Part shown: positions 12,677-26,058 of the stretch, piece after piece
Numbering within the stretch: the stretch's first letter is position 1
Layout: each line of letters starts with the position of its first letter
Assembly (NCBI GenBank): GCA_951406725.2
Contig: OX597818.1
Span: 125,426,001-125,490,000, forward strand
Length of the DNA: 64,000 nt
Source of the DNA: Octopus vulgaris
Lineage: Eukaryota
Direction: 5' to 3'
The notes under the pieces: model-generated
The model's input: only the letters and a program-made list of their open reading frames with translations
Database searches by the model: none
What the model was told of the DNA's origin: nothing
Translations under genes and position numbers: made by a program

Positions 12677-12677
<1 letters not shown>

Positions 12678-12743
<66 letters not shown>

Positions 12744-12769
12744 GGATAATAATAATAATAACAATAATA

Positions 12770-12810
<41 letters not shown>

Positions 12811-12931
12811 AATAATAATAATAACAATAATAATAATAATAATAATAATAATAATTATAATAATAATAATAATAACAATAAGGATAATAATAATAATAAT
12901 AATAACAATAATAATGATGATGATGATAATG

Positions 12932-13018
<87 letters not shown>

Positions 13019-13035
13019 CCAACAACAAAAACAAT
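12678..13035. repeat. (AAT)n/(GAT)n microsatellite
   Basis: Direct reading. Confidence 0.95.
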
Positions 13036-13571
13036 AAGTAAATGAATAAAATAAATACAAAGAGAAATAAATCACGTACAAAAAATGTAAATATTCTAAC
13101 ATGTCCTGTCGATGAAGTCAGCTGCTGGCGTGATGTCAAAGTTGTTTGAAGAAAACAACTATAAACAAGAACAACATATAATATAACTTACAGTGGGAAG
13201 AATATGCGAATGGGTCACAGATAAGAAATTTGCCACTCCGCTACCCGTAGTCAGCACAAACAGGTTTTATCACAATACATAATTGACAGCAGTGGTGTGG
13301 ATAACCAAGTCGGGACCCCCAAGTAATGTATGCAAAAATACTGCTGTATCAAGTATTACAAAGCTCACGAATTAGGGAAGGCTTGTTTGTTTTTATTTCA
13401 TTGATACATACATAGATACATAGACACATACTACATACATACATACATACAAACATACATACATACATACATACAAACATACATACATACATACATAAAT
13501 ACATACATACATACATACATATAGATATATAATATGATATGTAAAATAATATAATATTATGTATGTATGTG

Positions 13572-13609
<38 letters not shown>

Positions 13610-13627
13610 GATAATAATAACATACAT

Positions 13628-13826
13628 ATATGTGTACCGTTGGCGATTTTTTTCCTCTGTCTTCCCTTCTCTGGATCTTTCCTTCTCCTATGTTTCCGAC
13701 GAAGAGCTCCGCTCGAAACGTTAAACCCTCCTTCTTTCCTTCTTTCCTGAGCGTCCAATAATACTATATTTGTTCCACGTCCTCGCGTTGTTGTGTTTTT
13801 TGTGCTTTCATGTTTGGATTAACTTT
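13628..13826 (+). mobile_element. HHR-bearing repeat family B (HHR 13692-13726)
   Basis: GTTT-CCGACGA-AGAGC-TCC-GCTC-GAAA-CGT-T^AAAC; flanked by (TA)n. Confidence 0.82.
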
Positions 13827-14889
13827 ATATATATATATATATATTCTTTTATTCTTTTACTTGTATTTCAGTCATTTGATTGCCGCCATGTTGTAAGCCT
13901 AATACTTATTCTATCGGACTCTAAGTTACAGGGACATCAACACACCAGCATCACCTACTCACTTTCACTTTTGTCTGATGCTTCCCGCATGCGTAGAATT
14001 CTACTGAAATAGCAAACTTATTAAATACCAGCCCTCCACCACCAGAAAACCCGACATGCTAGAAACAACAGGTAAACGACAATATTTCTGAAGAAACTTC
14101 CCCGCTTTCCAAGAAGCTAAAAGTGAAACATTGCAAGTGTATAGCTTTTTGAAAGTGGTGAGGTGATGGGTTAAATTCTTAGAGATTCGTACTCTTTGTT
14201 TTTTCTCCATGGATTACCAAGAAAAAATATTTGTAAAAACTAAAAAATGAATTTGGTGTAGAAAGGGAGAAAATTAAAATATTGAGAACGTGTTTTGTGA
14301 GTGAAATCCTAATGTCCTGTATCGCAAACATAGGAATCTGATGGCTTGAAAGAAGGGGTAAAGGACAGGATTTCTGGGAAAACTTTCTTTTAAGTTTATA
14401 TCGAAGATCAGGTTTTTAAATATTCTCATCACAAACAAAATTATACAATAGGAAAAGATCATTTCAATTGGATGTGAGCTTTAAATTTGCTCGTGCACAA
14501 TGCAAGAAATAACATAATTCGCACAGAAGTTTTACCTAGAATGTGTGTGAGCATGTGTGTATGTGTGCGTGTGCGTGTGTGTGTGAAAGGAAGTTATTGT
14601 ATGGCATTCTTTCGTTTAAAAGAAGCAAAATTGTCAACTCGACACATATGGGATCATATGATTGTTCGTTAATTTCGTAAAATTCTTTTAATTTCTTTAT
14701 GCTTTGAAGAGAGCAGAAATTGAAAGAGAGGATAAAATGAAAAAAGCGACATTTGCTTTGAAGTGAGAGGAGAAAGTAAAAGAGGGGAGAAAGCAGCAGC
14801 AAAACATCATCCGTCCAGCTGGATAGCATCTTTGAGAAAAGCCAAATCAGAGAAATTCGACTTGAGTAATGTAACTACACACGTGTTGT

Positions 14890-15035
14890 TAGTGATTTTT
14901 TTTTCTCCATCTTTGAACCTTTCCATTTTCCATTCCGACGAAAAATTATGCCCGAAACGTCGAAAACTTTCTCTTCTTACTGAGCTTCAAACTAATACAT
15001 TCTATGTGAACGTCTTCTTGTTTGTTATTTAAATC
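14890..15035 (+). mobile_element. Diverged family B-like repeat with decayed HHR (14933-14965)
   Basis: TTCCGACGA...CCCGAAACGTCGAAA followed by CTGAGC..CAA, as in family B. Confidence 0.5.
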
Positions 15036-15581
15036 GTTAATGTTCATGTATTTGATTTGAAATTTGACTTAGTTCCTCCGAGAGAGGGAATGTGTGGAGA
15101 TGAGGATGGGGAAGTATCGGTGTCAGACAGACTGAGAGTGATGTTTTTGTTTACAGGAGAGGAAAATGGTTTTCGGTCAGGCAGACACGGACTGCATTAG
15201 AGGGAAATATATTTATAAAAGTAAAAATAAAAAGTAAAATAAAATTAAATATAAATTACAAGAAGTAGACCGGGGAAGTTATTTTGAATGAAGCAGACGA
15301 TTACAGGTTGGTATGAATAGGGTAAACTGATGCATGAAGGGAACGAGCGGAAGGAGGTGTGGGGAGGGAAGCTAGGAAGGCAAGGGAAGCTGGAAAGTTA
15401 GATGTGAGAGAGAAAAGAAAAACATACACACACAGACGCTCGTACACTCACACATATAGAGAAGCACACGTACACACACACACACACACACAAACGTCCT
15501 GAACCCCATACTCACACACGAACAAAGAATAAATGATGGAAAATCCTGAAAAGTAACTTAAGAATATATACATATATTTAA

Positions 15582-15629
<48 letters not shown>

Positions 15630-15693
15630 TTTACTTGTTTCTGCCATTAGACTGCGGGCATGCACCTATCCTGTCAGTCTCAATCTACCTTTA

Positions 15694-15743
<50 letters not shown>

Positions 15744-15744
<1 letters not shown>

Positions 15745-16022
15745 TTTTTAAATTTTATTTTATCCACCCCCCTTTTTTTGTCCTCTTTCTTTCCATTTAC
15801 GATCCCTTTTGATCGAAAACCAAACCCCCTTCTTTTACCCCCAAAAGAAAAGCTCTACCTTGTAATTTTGTCCTGTCTGTGTGCAGCCCTGTGTGGGTAA
15901 TAAAGAAACATATCTATCTATCTATCTATTTTTTTTTTGGGGGGGGTTCATCCCCCAAAAGAAAAGCTCTACCTTGTAACTTGTCCCATCTGTGTGCAGC
16001 CCTGTGTGGCCAATAAAGAAAC
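15744..16022 (+). mobile_element. Two tandem 3' UTR fragments of the Tx1-like element inside (TATC)n
   Basis: CCCCCAAAAGAAAAGCTCTACCTTGTAA..GTGCAGCCCTGTGTGG..AATAAAGAAAC occurs twice, each followed by TATCTATC. Confidence 0.85.
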
Positions 16023-16101
<79 letters not shown>

Positions 16102-16230
16102 CAGGTAGATAGATGAATATAGATAGACCAGTATGTTAGAATCTAGGTATATTGGTAGGTGTATGTGTGTATATGTATAATATATGTGTGTATGTGTTTT
16201 AAGTTGTGTGTACGTATGTAATATATATAA

Positions 16231-16274
<44 letters not shown>

Positions 16275-16328
16275 TAGAAATACATTTATATATATATATG
16301 TGTGTGTGTGTCTGTGTGTGTGCGCGCG

Positions 16329-16363
<35 letters not shown>

Positions 16364-16611
16364 ATATGTGTGTGTGGTGACGGTGGTCTTAATAGTCAGA
16401 TGAAGGTAAAAGGGGTGCGCGTGTGTGTGTGGTAGCAGGTGTTTTGATAGCGTAGTCCAAAAGTAAAAGAGGGTTTAGTAACGTTGACCACAAAGATTGT
16501 GATGATAATGACGATGAAGATGATTGTCATGGAAGAGGCAGTGGTGTTGGTGGTGGCGAGGAGGAAGGTTATGATGATGGTGGTGGTGGTGGTGGTGATA
16601 GTAATAAACCA

Positions 16612-16681
16612 CAATGATGATGATGATGATGATAATGAAGATAACGATGATGGTAATGATGGTAATAATAATGATGATGAC

Positions 16682-16760
<79 letters not shown>

Positions 16761-16859
16761 TTGATAATGATGATGATGATGATGATGATGATGACGATGA
16801 CGATGATGATGATGTTGATGATGATTATGATGATGACGATGACGATGATGATGATGACG

Positions 16860-16910
<51 letters not shown>

Positions 16911-16925
16911 TTGATGATGATTATG
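16612..16925. repeat. (GAT)n microsatellite
   Basis: Direct reading. Confidence 0.95.
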
Positions 16926-17878
16926 GTAATGCTAATGTCGATTATGATGTTATATTTGATTGTGAAAGACGATGTTAACGACGATGATAATAACGACAAT
17001 GTTGTTCCCGGTGATTCTACTGCTGCTCGTGATAACGATAATGTTGGGGGGGGGGGTCACATGAAGATGAAGGTCATAATTCAGCTGCTGATTGTCAATG
17101 CCGAGGGTGGTGACGACCAAGCAGAACGTACAGGAGGACGAAATTGCAAAAAAAAAAAAAAAAAAAGAAAAAGAAAAATACAAAAGAATAATAGGCTAAG
17201 CCAATATTCCTATCCCTTACACTGTTACCCCGTACAATACACCCACACTAAGCGACCTCCGCCTCTACCACTAACCCTACACATCATTAAGACTCTACTA
17301 CTCTATGTACCAGATACCCTGTGCCTATCACATCTCTCCACACCCTGTCACTCGATGCAAATCTGGGGCTGCGAGGGGTGTTGTTGGTTTGCAAGGCCGT
17401 ATTTTTAAACGTCCACGCCCATTCACCCTCTCCCGGCTTTAACGTACAATTCGTTTATCCGACACTTACTCGGCACCCAAGCGGCACTCGCCTCATACAC
17501 ATCCCGACTTCGACAGAGCCGTTAGAAAGACTGGGGCAAAGAGACAAGGGAAGAAATATGAAACTGAGGTAGAAGTGGTGGTGGTGGTGGTGGTGGTGGT
17601 GGTGGTGGTGGTGGTGGCGGTGTGGTGGTTGTAGTGGTGGTGGCAATAGTGCAATAGGAGGAGGGTAAAAGAAGGAAAAAAAAAGAAAAAGTAGAGGAAA
17701 AAGAAGAATGAAGAGAGGAGAGGAGAAGAAAAGGAGGAGGCGGAGGAGAAGAAAAGGAGGAGGCGGAGGAGAAGAAAAGCACTAACCTGTATCTCTGTTT
17801 TTCCATCTGTCAGCCTACGCATTTATTGAGATATACGTAGATGTATCGCTCTTCCTCTCACTTGTCTCAATCACCCCC

Positions 17879-17923
<45 letters not shown>

Positions 17924-17941
17924 ATAAGAGTAGACATACAC

Positions 17942-17986
<45 letters not shown>

Positions 17987-18411
17987 CACACATACATACA
18001 TACATACATACATACATACATACGTACATACATACATACATACATACATACATACATACATACATACATACGTACATACATACATACATACATACACGCG
18101 TACGTACGTGCATACGTAAACGGCCATTCAGTCTGATCTGTCCAGCTTAGCCTCTTTCTTGTCATCTGCTTTTGTAATGGTGTTATGCAAATGAGGTTCT
18201 ACGTGTGTGGTATAACATTTATTGTGTAGTGGGTATTGGAGGAAGGATATGTATGTGTGCACAAAAGTGTGCCCGGCGTGTATGCAATACACTGCGTAAT
18301 CGTGTGTGTTCATATAGGCGGACACGTGCGTAGGTGCTGTGTGTGTGTGAAGATGTGTGTATCTATCCACCCATCCATCCATCCATCCATCCATCCATCC
18401 ATTCATCCATC

Positions 18412-18453
<42 letters not shown>

Positions 18454-18510
18454 GTGCATGTGCGTGTGTGTGCGCGCGCGCTCATGTATGTATGTATGTA
18501 TGTATGTATG

Positions 18511-18562
<52 letters not shown>

Positions 18563-18767
18563 CACATGCACGCGCGCGCGCTCGCACGCGCACACACACA
18601 CATACATCAAAGAAGGGGCACAGTAAAGTACGACAACCAAAAATCGGACTCCGTAATGGGTTCCACTCTCCATTCTAGTGTCCATTTATTTCGACATTTT
18701 TGAAACGCGCCTCAGTCCTATAAAACATCGAATGCCACACTTTATTTCTACTTATCAAATATATATG

Positions 18768-18848
<81 letters not shown>

Positions 18849-18869
18849 ATATATGTATATATATGTATA

Positions 18870-18922
<53 letters not shown>

Positions 18923-18923
18923 G

Positions 18924-18959
<36 letters not shown>

Positions 18960-19978
18960 TACATATACATATACATATATACTTATATACATATATGCAT
19001 ATATATGTATATATACATACAAACATTCATACATATACACATATATGCATACATATGATATATGATATTTATACATATATATGATATATATGATATATAT
19101 GATATATGATATTTATACATATATATATATATAAACATATTGGTGTGTTATCTCGCGTATAATAAACATTTTCGACATATATTTGAAGATGAAAAGACAG
19201 AGAACAGCGTACTTGAGTTACATGTGAAATATTAGATAAATCGAGCAAAGTATTGAAACTTCTCGCTTACCGAGAAATACCATCTTATTTTAGCCATCAA
19301 AGGAACACGTACATTGTCGCTCGAACTCAGAGCAACAGCAGTCTTAAATCACATCCTACTGCTTGAAATATGGATGTTATGTTCTTGAAAAATAGAGGTT
19401 GCTCACGGTTTCAAAACTCTTTACCCATCGGTCAAAAAATTAAGGCTAACCTTGTATGAAACTAAACTATAACAACAAATTTTATTGCCACTTTTCTTCA
19501 GCCTTAAACATACTAAATGAAAATATTTGAATCTGCCGATACCAATCTAAATTCCTTCTCGGGAATTTCAAGACACAGCTTCCTGATGCTTTTGTATAAA
19601 GCCCATTATTGCCGAGAGAACAGTAATCGCTACATAAACAGTTCAAAATTTCTTCTCAATACACTAATATTTTGAGTCTACCATAAGAACAAGCCGATTG
19701 AACGAAACCTTAATTTGAGTCTAATGAAATTATGTTTAATATACATGTAAAATATATTAGATACTGCACATATCTAATAAAAGTGTCAGTTGGTCACTGC
19801 TATCTTCAAAACGATAAAATAAAATTTTATTCCAGTGATTTGTTTTTTTTAGAGTGCAAGTCTTAATAGTTTGATACTTTCGCGTTGGTTTCCTTTTCAC
19901 TTTATTTTATTTCAATAATTTTTCATTCAGATTCTAGAAATATGCTAAATGAAAATCGTTACTAATAGTAAACATTCT

Positions 19979-20403
19979 TTCCTATTCTAAGCACAAGGCC
20001 CGAAATGTTAGGGGGAGGGGGGCAGTCGATTAGATCGACCCCAGTACGGAACTGGTACTTAATTTATCGACCCCGAAAGGATGAACGGCAAAGTCGACTT
20101 CGGCGGAATTTGAACTCAGAACGTAACGACAGACGAAATACTGCTAAACATCTCGCCTGGCGTGCTAACGTTTCTTATTTCTGTATTACCCACAAGGGGA
20201 TAAACATAGAGGGGATAAAGAAGGACAGACAAAGGGATTAGGTCGATTACATCGACCCCAGTGCGTAACTGGTACTTAATTTATCGACCCCAAAAGGCTG
20301 AAAGGCAAAGTCGACCTCGGCGGAATTTGAACTCAGAACGTAAAGTCAGACGAAACACCGGCAAGCATTTCGCCCGGCGCGCTAACATTTCTGCCAGCTC
20401 ACC
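19979..20403 (-). mobile_element. tRNA-derived SINE family N (Deu/Nin-like core), two tandem units
   Basis: Minus strand head GAGCTGGCAGAA..GAGTTCAAATTCC and core GCCTTTCATCCTTTCGGGGTCGATAAATTAAGTACCAG. Confidence 0.85.
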
Positions 20404-20978
20404 AACTTATTAATGGTAAATGGCAATTGACGTTAAGCACATCTATAAGCAAACAGCACAGTTTAAACCCTTCGGCCAATAGCAGTTGTTTCCTCACAAC
20501 CTGCTGATGTACAGGGTTTCGATTGAACGAAACCTTGATTCAGATAGGTTCTTCTGATCAATTTGCGTATGACAAAACACGCATGTAAACACACACAAAC
20601 GCGAGCGCGTATGTGTATATACGTATATAAATCCATATAGCTGGAAGTATGTTAATAAATAAGATTACCTAGATGGTAATTCTACGAACAAAGTAAAAAT
20701 AGAAATCAATATATAGGTAGAACAAATACTTAATACGTAGGGTCATAGTTCCAAGATGCAGGATTCCGTAATTACCATTTTCATATTATTATTAGATATT
20801 CTTCAAACTGTGCTAGCTGATACAACAGATATCTTTTATTAATGGGCAACATCTGCAGAATATATAAGAATAAAAACGGGAAGACCCCGAAAAACAGAAG
20901 TTGCGGTTATAACCCTCTACACAGGCACTCACAGAAACTCTGACTCACACGCAATGCACATACGCAGGCACACTCACT

Positions 20979-21192
20979 CTTTACTCTTTTACTCTTTTAC
21001 TTGTTTCAGTCATTTGACTGAGGCCATGCTGGAGCACCGCCTTTAGTCGAGCAAATCGACCCCGGGACTTATTCATTGTAAGCCCAGTACTTATTCTATC
21101 GGTCTCTTTTGCCGAACCGCTAAGTGACGGGGACATAAACACACCAGCATCGGTTGTCAAGCAATGCTAGGGGGACAAACACAGACACACAA

Positions 21193-21254
<62 letters not shown>

Positions 21255-21416
21255 GACAGGCTTCTTTCAGTTTCCGTCTACCAAATCCACTCACAAGGCA
21301 TTGGTCGGCCCGGGGCTATAGCAGAAGACACTTACCCAAGGTGCCACGCAATGGGACTGAACCCGGAACCATGTGGTTGGTTAGCAAGCTACTTACCACA
21401 CAGCCACTCCTGCGCC
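20979..21416 (-). mobile_element. SINE family A, full length
   Basis: Reverse complement of 544-970. Confidence 0.9.
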
Positions 21417-21612
21417 TACTCACCCACCATACACGTGATAGGTATAGAGAACGATCGAAATTTTATTCTGACTGGTACTCTCCTCCATATATTGGAATTC
21501 TTGGACTAGAGTTAGGAGATTCGAATACCAGGACAAAATCATGCAGAGTAATCTTCTTTGATATATAGCTATATATATGTATGTGCATGCGTGTGTGTGT
21601 TTGTGTGTGTTT

Positions 21613-21656
<44 letters not shown>

Positions 21657-21802
21657 ACACGCGTCTGTGTGTATTTGTGTGCATATATACTTATATACAC
21701 ATATATGTATGAATGTATGTATGTATGTAGGTAGATATATATACATAAATATGTATGTATACATGAATGTGTCTGTTGCCTTCCCTTCTATACGTAATGT
21801 AA

Positions 21803-21853
<51 letters not shown>

Positions 21854-22074
21854 CATATATTTACATTCACATATATATATATATGCATATATGTATATGT
21901 ATAAGTGTGTGTGCGCGTGTGTCTATGTATAGGGAATATGTATATACATCATTGCTATTCATAAGTCACAAAGTCAAAAGTGAAACCAATTGAATGTTAT
22001 TTGATGATGAAGCAGCGCAACATAGTTTTGTATCTAGAGCATAACTATATCTTCCATCGAAGTCACATTGTATT

Positions 22075-22195
<121 letters not shown>

Positions 22196-23042
22196 GCATA
22201 CATACACACATTATTTAACGCCGCCGAATAACGGACAATAAAAAATGACCATAAAGCTTCAAGAGCGACTGTCATTGATATAATTTCATCCGAAAGATAA
22301 CACTTAAGATGTCTCGTAAACTCAATTCGTAATGCGAAATTTATTCGTTGGTTAATAAAAATTACAATAATAACTGTCAGTAAAGACGTGTCATCCGGAA
22401 GATAACAATACGAGGGGTTTGGAGGCCGGTGTTTTTGGGTCCTCTAGAAATTAATCGTTTGGATAATAAACAGACACTAACTACCGTATGTGAAATCCTT
22501 TTTATTCAGGAGACAAAGCTTGGAAGATATTGAAATGTCGTTGGACCTGAGAAATTTATTCTTTTTCAGATAAAAAGAGATTATAGAAAAAGTAAGGAAA
22601 TATGTAATAAAGAAGATCTAAAGAGGAACTGAAGAAAAATATAGCGTCTTAATGTTTAATATTTCAGCTCCCTACGGCGGCGAGCTGGGATAATCGTTGG
22701 GACACCGGGCAAAATACTTCACAGCAGTTTATCGCTCTTTACGTTCAGAGTTCAAATTTCACCGAGGTCGACTAAGCACCAGTTCAACATTGGGGAGTCG
22801 ATGTAATCGACTTATCCCATCATCCAGAATTGCTGGCCCCTATGCCAAAAATTAAAAACCAATATTTACGCTCCCTAAGGCGGTGATCAGACAGAATCAT
22901 TACCACGCCTGGCAAAATGCTTGGTGGCATTTCTTCTGTCTTTACGTTCTGAGTGTGTACATATAGGTGCAGGCGTGGCTGTGTGATAAGAAGCTTCCTT
23001 CGCAACCACATAGTTCCAGGTTCAGTTCCACTACGTGATACC

Positions 23043-23270
23043 TATTTCTTTATTACCCACAAGGGGCTAAACACAGAAGAGACAAACAAGGACAGACAAA
23101 CGGATCAAGTCGATAACATCGACCCTAGTGCGCAACTGGTACTTATTTAATCGACCCCGAAAGAATGAAAGTCAAAGTCGACCTCGGCGGAATTTGAACT
23201 CAGAACGTAGCGGCAGACGAAATACGGCTAAGCATTTTGCCTGGCACGTTAACGTTTCTGCCAGCTCGCC
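23043..23270 (-). mobile_element. SINE family N inserted into a family A copy (22965-23430)
   Basis: Family A head at 22965-23040 resumes at ~23275 after the N copy. Confidence 0.75.
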
Positions 23271-23324
23271 GGTAAGTATCTTCTACTATAACCTCGGACT
23301 GACAAAAGCCTTGTGAGAGGATTT

Positions 23325-23405
<81 letters not shown>

Positions 23406-23724
23406 TTGTGTCTGCGTTTGTCCCCTCCCATCTAAAGGGAGGAGGTATTCTCTGATGAAGAAAAGTAGCAACGATTAGATATTTTTGTTCGAACCGGCCA
23501 GAACTTACTATAAATGAATAGAGCCATTATTGTTTGAATTCTCGCAGTTCTGTGTGCACTTCATGAATTATCTATTCAGCACTCATAAGCACGCATCAGT
23601 AAATAATTGTAAATTGTTTGCTGATTTCTATACAATAGCCCGTATTCTTGTTAGATTCATCGGTCCTGTAGTCGAAGTAACTTCGACTGAGAAGACATAT
23701 ACCACAGCATCTCAAAATTACCTA

Positions 23725-24305
23725 CCTATTTCTTTATTACCCACAAGGGGCTAAACATAGAGGGGACAAACAAGGACAGACATAGGTATTAAGTCGATTA
23801 CATCGACATCAGTGCGTAACTGGTAATTAATTTATTGACCCCGAAAGGATGAAAGGCTAAGTCGATCACACAACGTAACGGCAGACGAAATACCTATTTC
23901 TTTACTACCCACAAGGGGCCAAACACAGAGAGGACAAACAAGGACAGACACACGGATTAAGTCGATTATATCGACCCCAGTGCGTAACTGGTACTTAATT
24001 TATCGACCCCGAAAGGATGAAAAGCAAAGTCGATCTCGGCGGAATTTGAACTCACAACGTAACGGCAGACGAAATACCTATTTCTTTACTACCCACAAGG
24101 GGCCAAACACAGAGAGGACAAACAAGGACAGACACACGGATTAAGTCGATTATATCGACCCCAGTGCGTAACTGGTACTTATTTAATCGACCCCGAAAGG
24201 ATGAAAGGCAAAGTCGATCTCGGCGGAATTTGAACTCACAACGTAACGGCAGACGAAATACGGCAACGCATTTCGCCCGGCGTGCTAACGTTTCTGCCAG
24301 CTACC
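23725..24305 (-). mobile_element. Head-to-tail tandem array of SINE family N (3 units)
   Basis: Unit CCTATTTCTTTA..CCCACAAGGGG..AACGTAACGGCAGACGAAATA is repeated at 23725, ~23893 and ~24077. Confidence 0.88.
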
Positions 24306-24604
24306 TACCATCGATGAATCACGTGCGTTATGATCACGGTGAATCACGTGTGTTACGATCTAAAGAAAGGAGGCATTCTTCGATGATGAAAAGCAACAAC
24401 GGTCAGATATTCACGTTCGAATCTGCCAGAACGTATTGAGAATGAACAGAAACATTATTGTTTGAATTCTTGCTGTTCTGTGTGTACCACACGACTTATT
24501 CGTTTAGCATGCTTCTTTTGACAAGATTTTTTTGATGCCTGGACTGTATCCCCGGTGTAAATCAAGATGGGATATGTACATGTGTGCACGCGCGCGTGAA
24601 TGCG

Positions 24605-24662
<58 letters not shown>

Positions 24663-25221
24663 CATACGTGGGTGTTATGAGATTATTCCATATTAAAATA
24701 CTAAAACTAATGACGAGTATACATTTACTAAATGAATTATCTCTTAAGTGTTTCTATCGATTATTTAACTTCAACGTAGAAGTTTTATATATTGATAAAC
24801 TTGTCGCCCATTTTGTTTCAGTTTTGATCTGATCATATCCGCTTTTATATTTCCGGTTATTTTCTACACTCAACTTCATTTTTCTCTTCTTCGTTGATCT
24901 CTTTGGAATCATTTTTTTGCCTTCCGTTATTCCTCTCTGCTAAAGTGACGCAGCTGTTAGTATGTATATCAATGCGAATAATTTATTCATTCGTATACAA
25001 TAATATTATTTTAAATAAAATTTACAAAATCCATATAGATTTCCGGTTAGCTCCGGGTGTTTTCGATCATTTCCGGATGCTTCGGGGCGTAGGCTGATAT
25101 GTCTCTGTGATGGTGTAACTTCGGTTAGATTCACAGGAGTCATTTCCTGTTAGTTCCTTCAGGTGGGTACAAAATAGATATTTGCCATTATATACGTTGT
25201 TGATCGCACAGGAAAGGAAAT

Positions 25222-25245
25222 ACAATAATAATAATAATGATGATG

Positions 25246-25312
<67 letters not shown>

Positions 25313-25386
25313 TGATGAAATAATAATGAAAAATAATAATAATGATAATAATAATAATAAGGATAATAATAATAATAATAATAATA

Positions 25387-25423
<37 letters not shown>

Positions 25424-25431
25424 TGATGATG

Positions 25432-25486
<55 letters not shown>

Positions 25487-25545
25487 TAATAATAATAATA
25501 ATAATAATAATGATGATGATAATAATAATAATAATAATAATAATG

Positions 25546-25576
<31 letters not shown>

Positions 25577-25596
25577 TAATAATAATAATAATAATA

Positions 25597-25640
<44 letters not shown>
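25222..25640. repeat. (AAT)n microsatellite
   Basis: Direct reading. Confidence 0.95.
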
Positions 25641-25643
<3 letters not shown>

Positions 25644-26058
25644 GAATAGAAATAAAACAAAATGAAATAAGCATTCAATGCTCAAACTTTTCAAAGGGAA
25701 GAACAAAATGGCGGTGTTAATATAGAATTGTAATAATCAGAGGTCTTACGTTCAAATCTATTCTCAGTACATCGATGTGTATTTGGTCAGTAAACTTAAC
25801 AACGAGTATTTCTTTTTGTTTGTTTTCGTTAAGTACCAAGCTTAGATAGAACTGCCACTTACAATGGACTAAATTTTAGCAAGAATGGACGTAAGGAGAT
25901 TTAGGTTTCACGCGCGCATATTATTAGGGCTCTGACAACGCTCCCATATAGTATCTAATGAAAACGGTCCTCTTTAAAGCATTTTGGATTAACTCTAGGA
26001 TAGCCGTATAGTTGAAAAATTCACTTATAAATTCATTTATAAAGACTATTTTTAATTA

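Noticed and set aside
20500-20545. CTGATGT..CGAAACCTTG hammerhead candidate
   Set aside because: The core is mutated and GAAA is sequestered in an alternative hairpin
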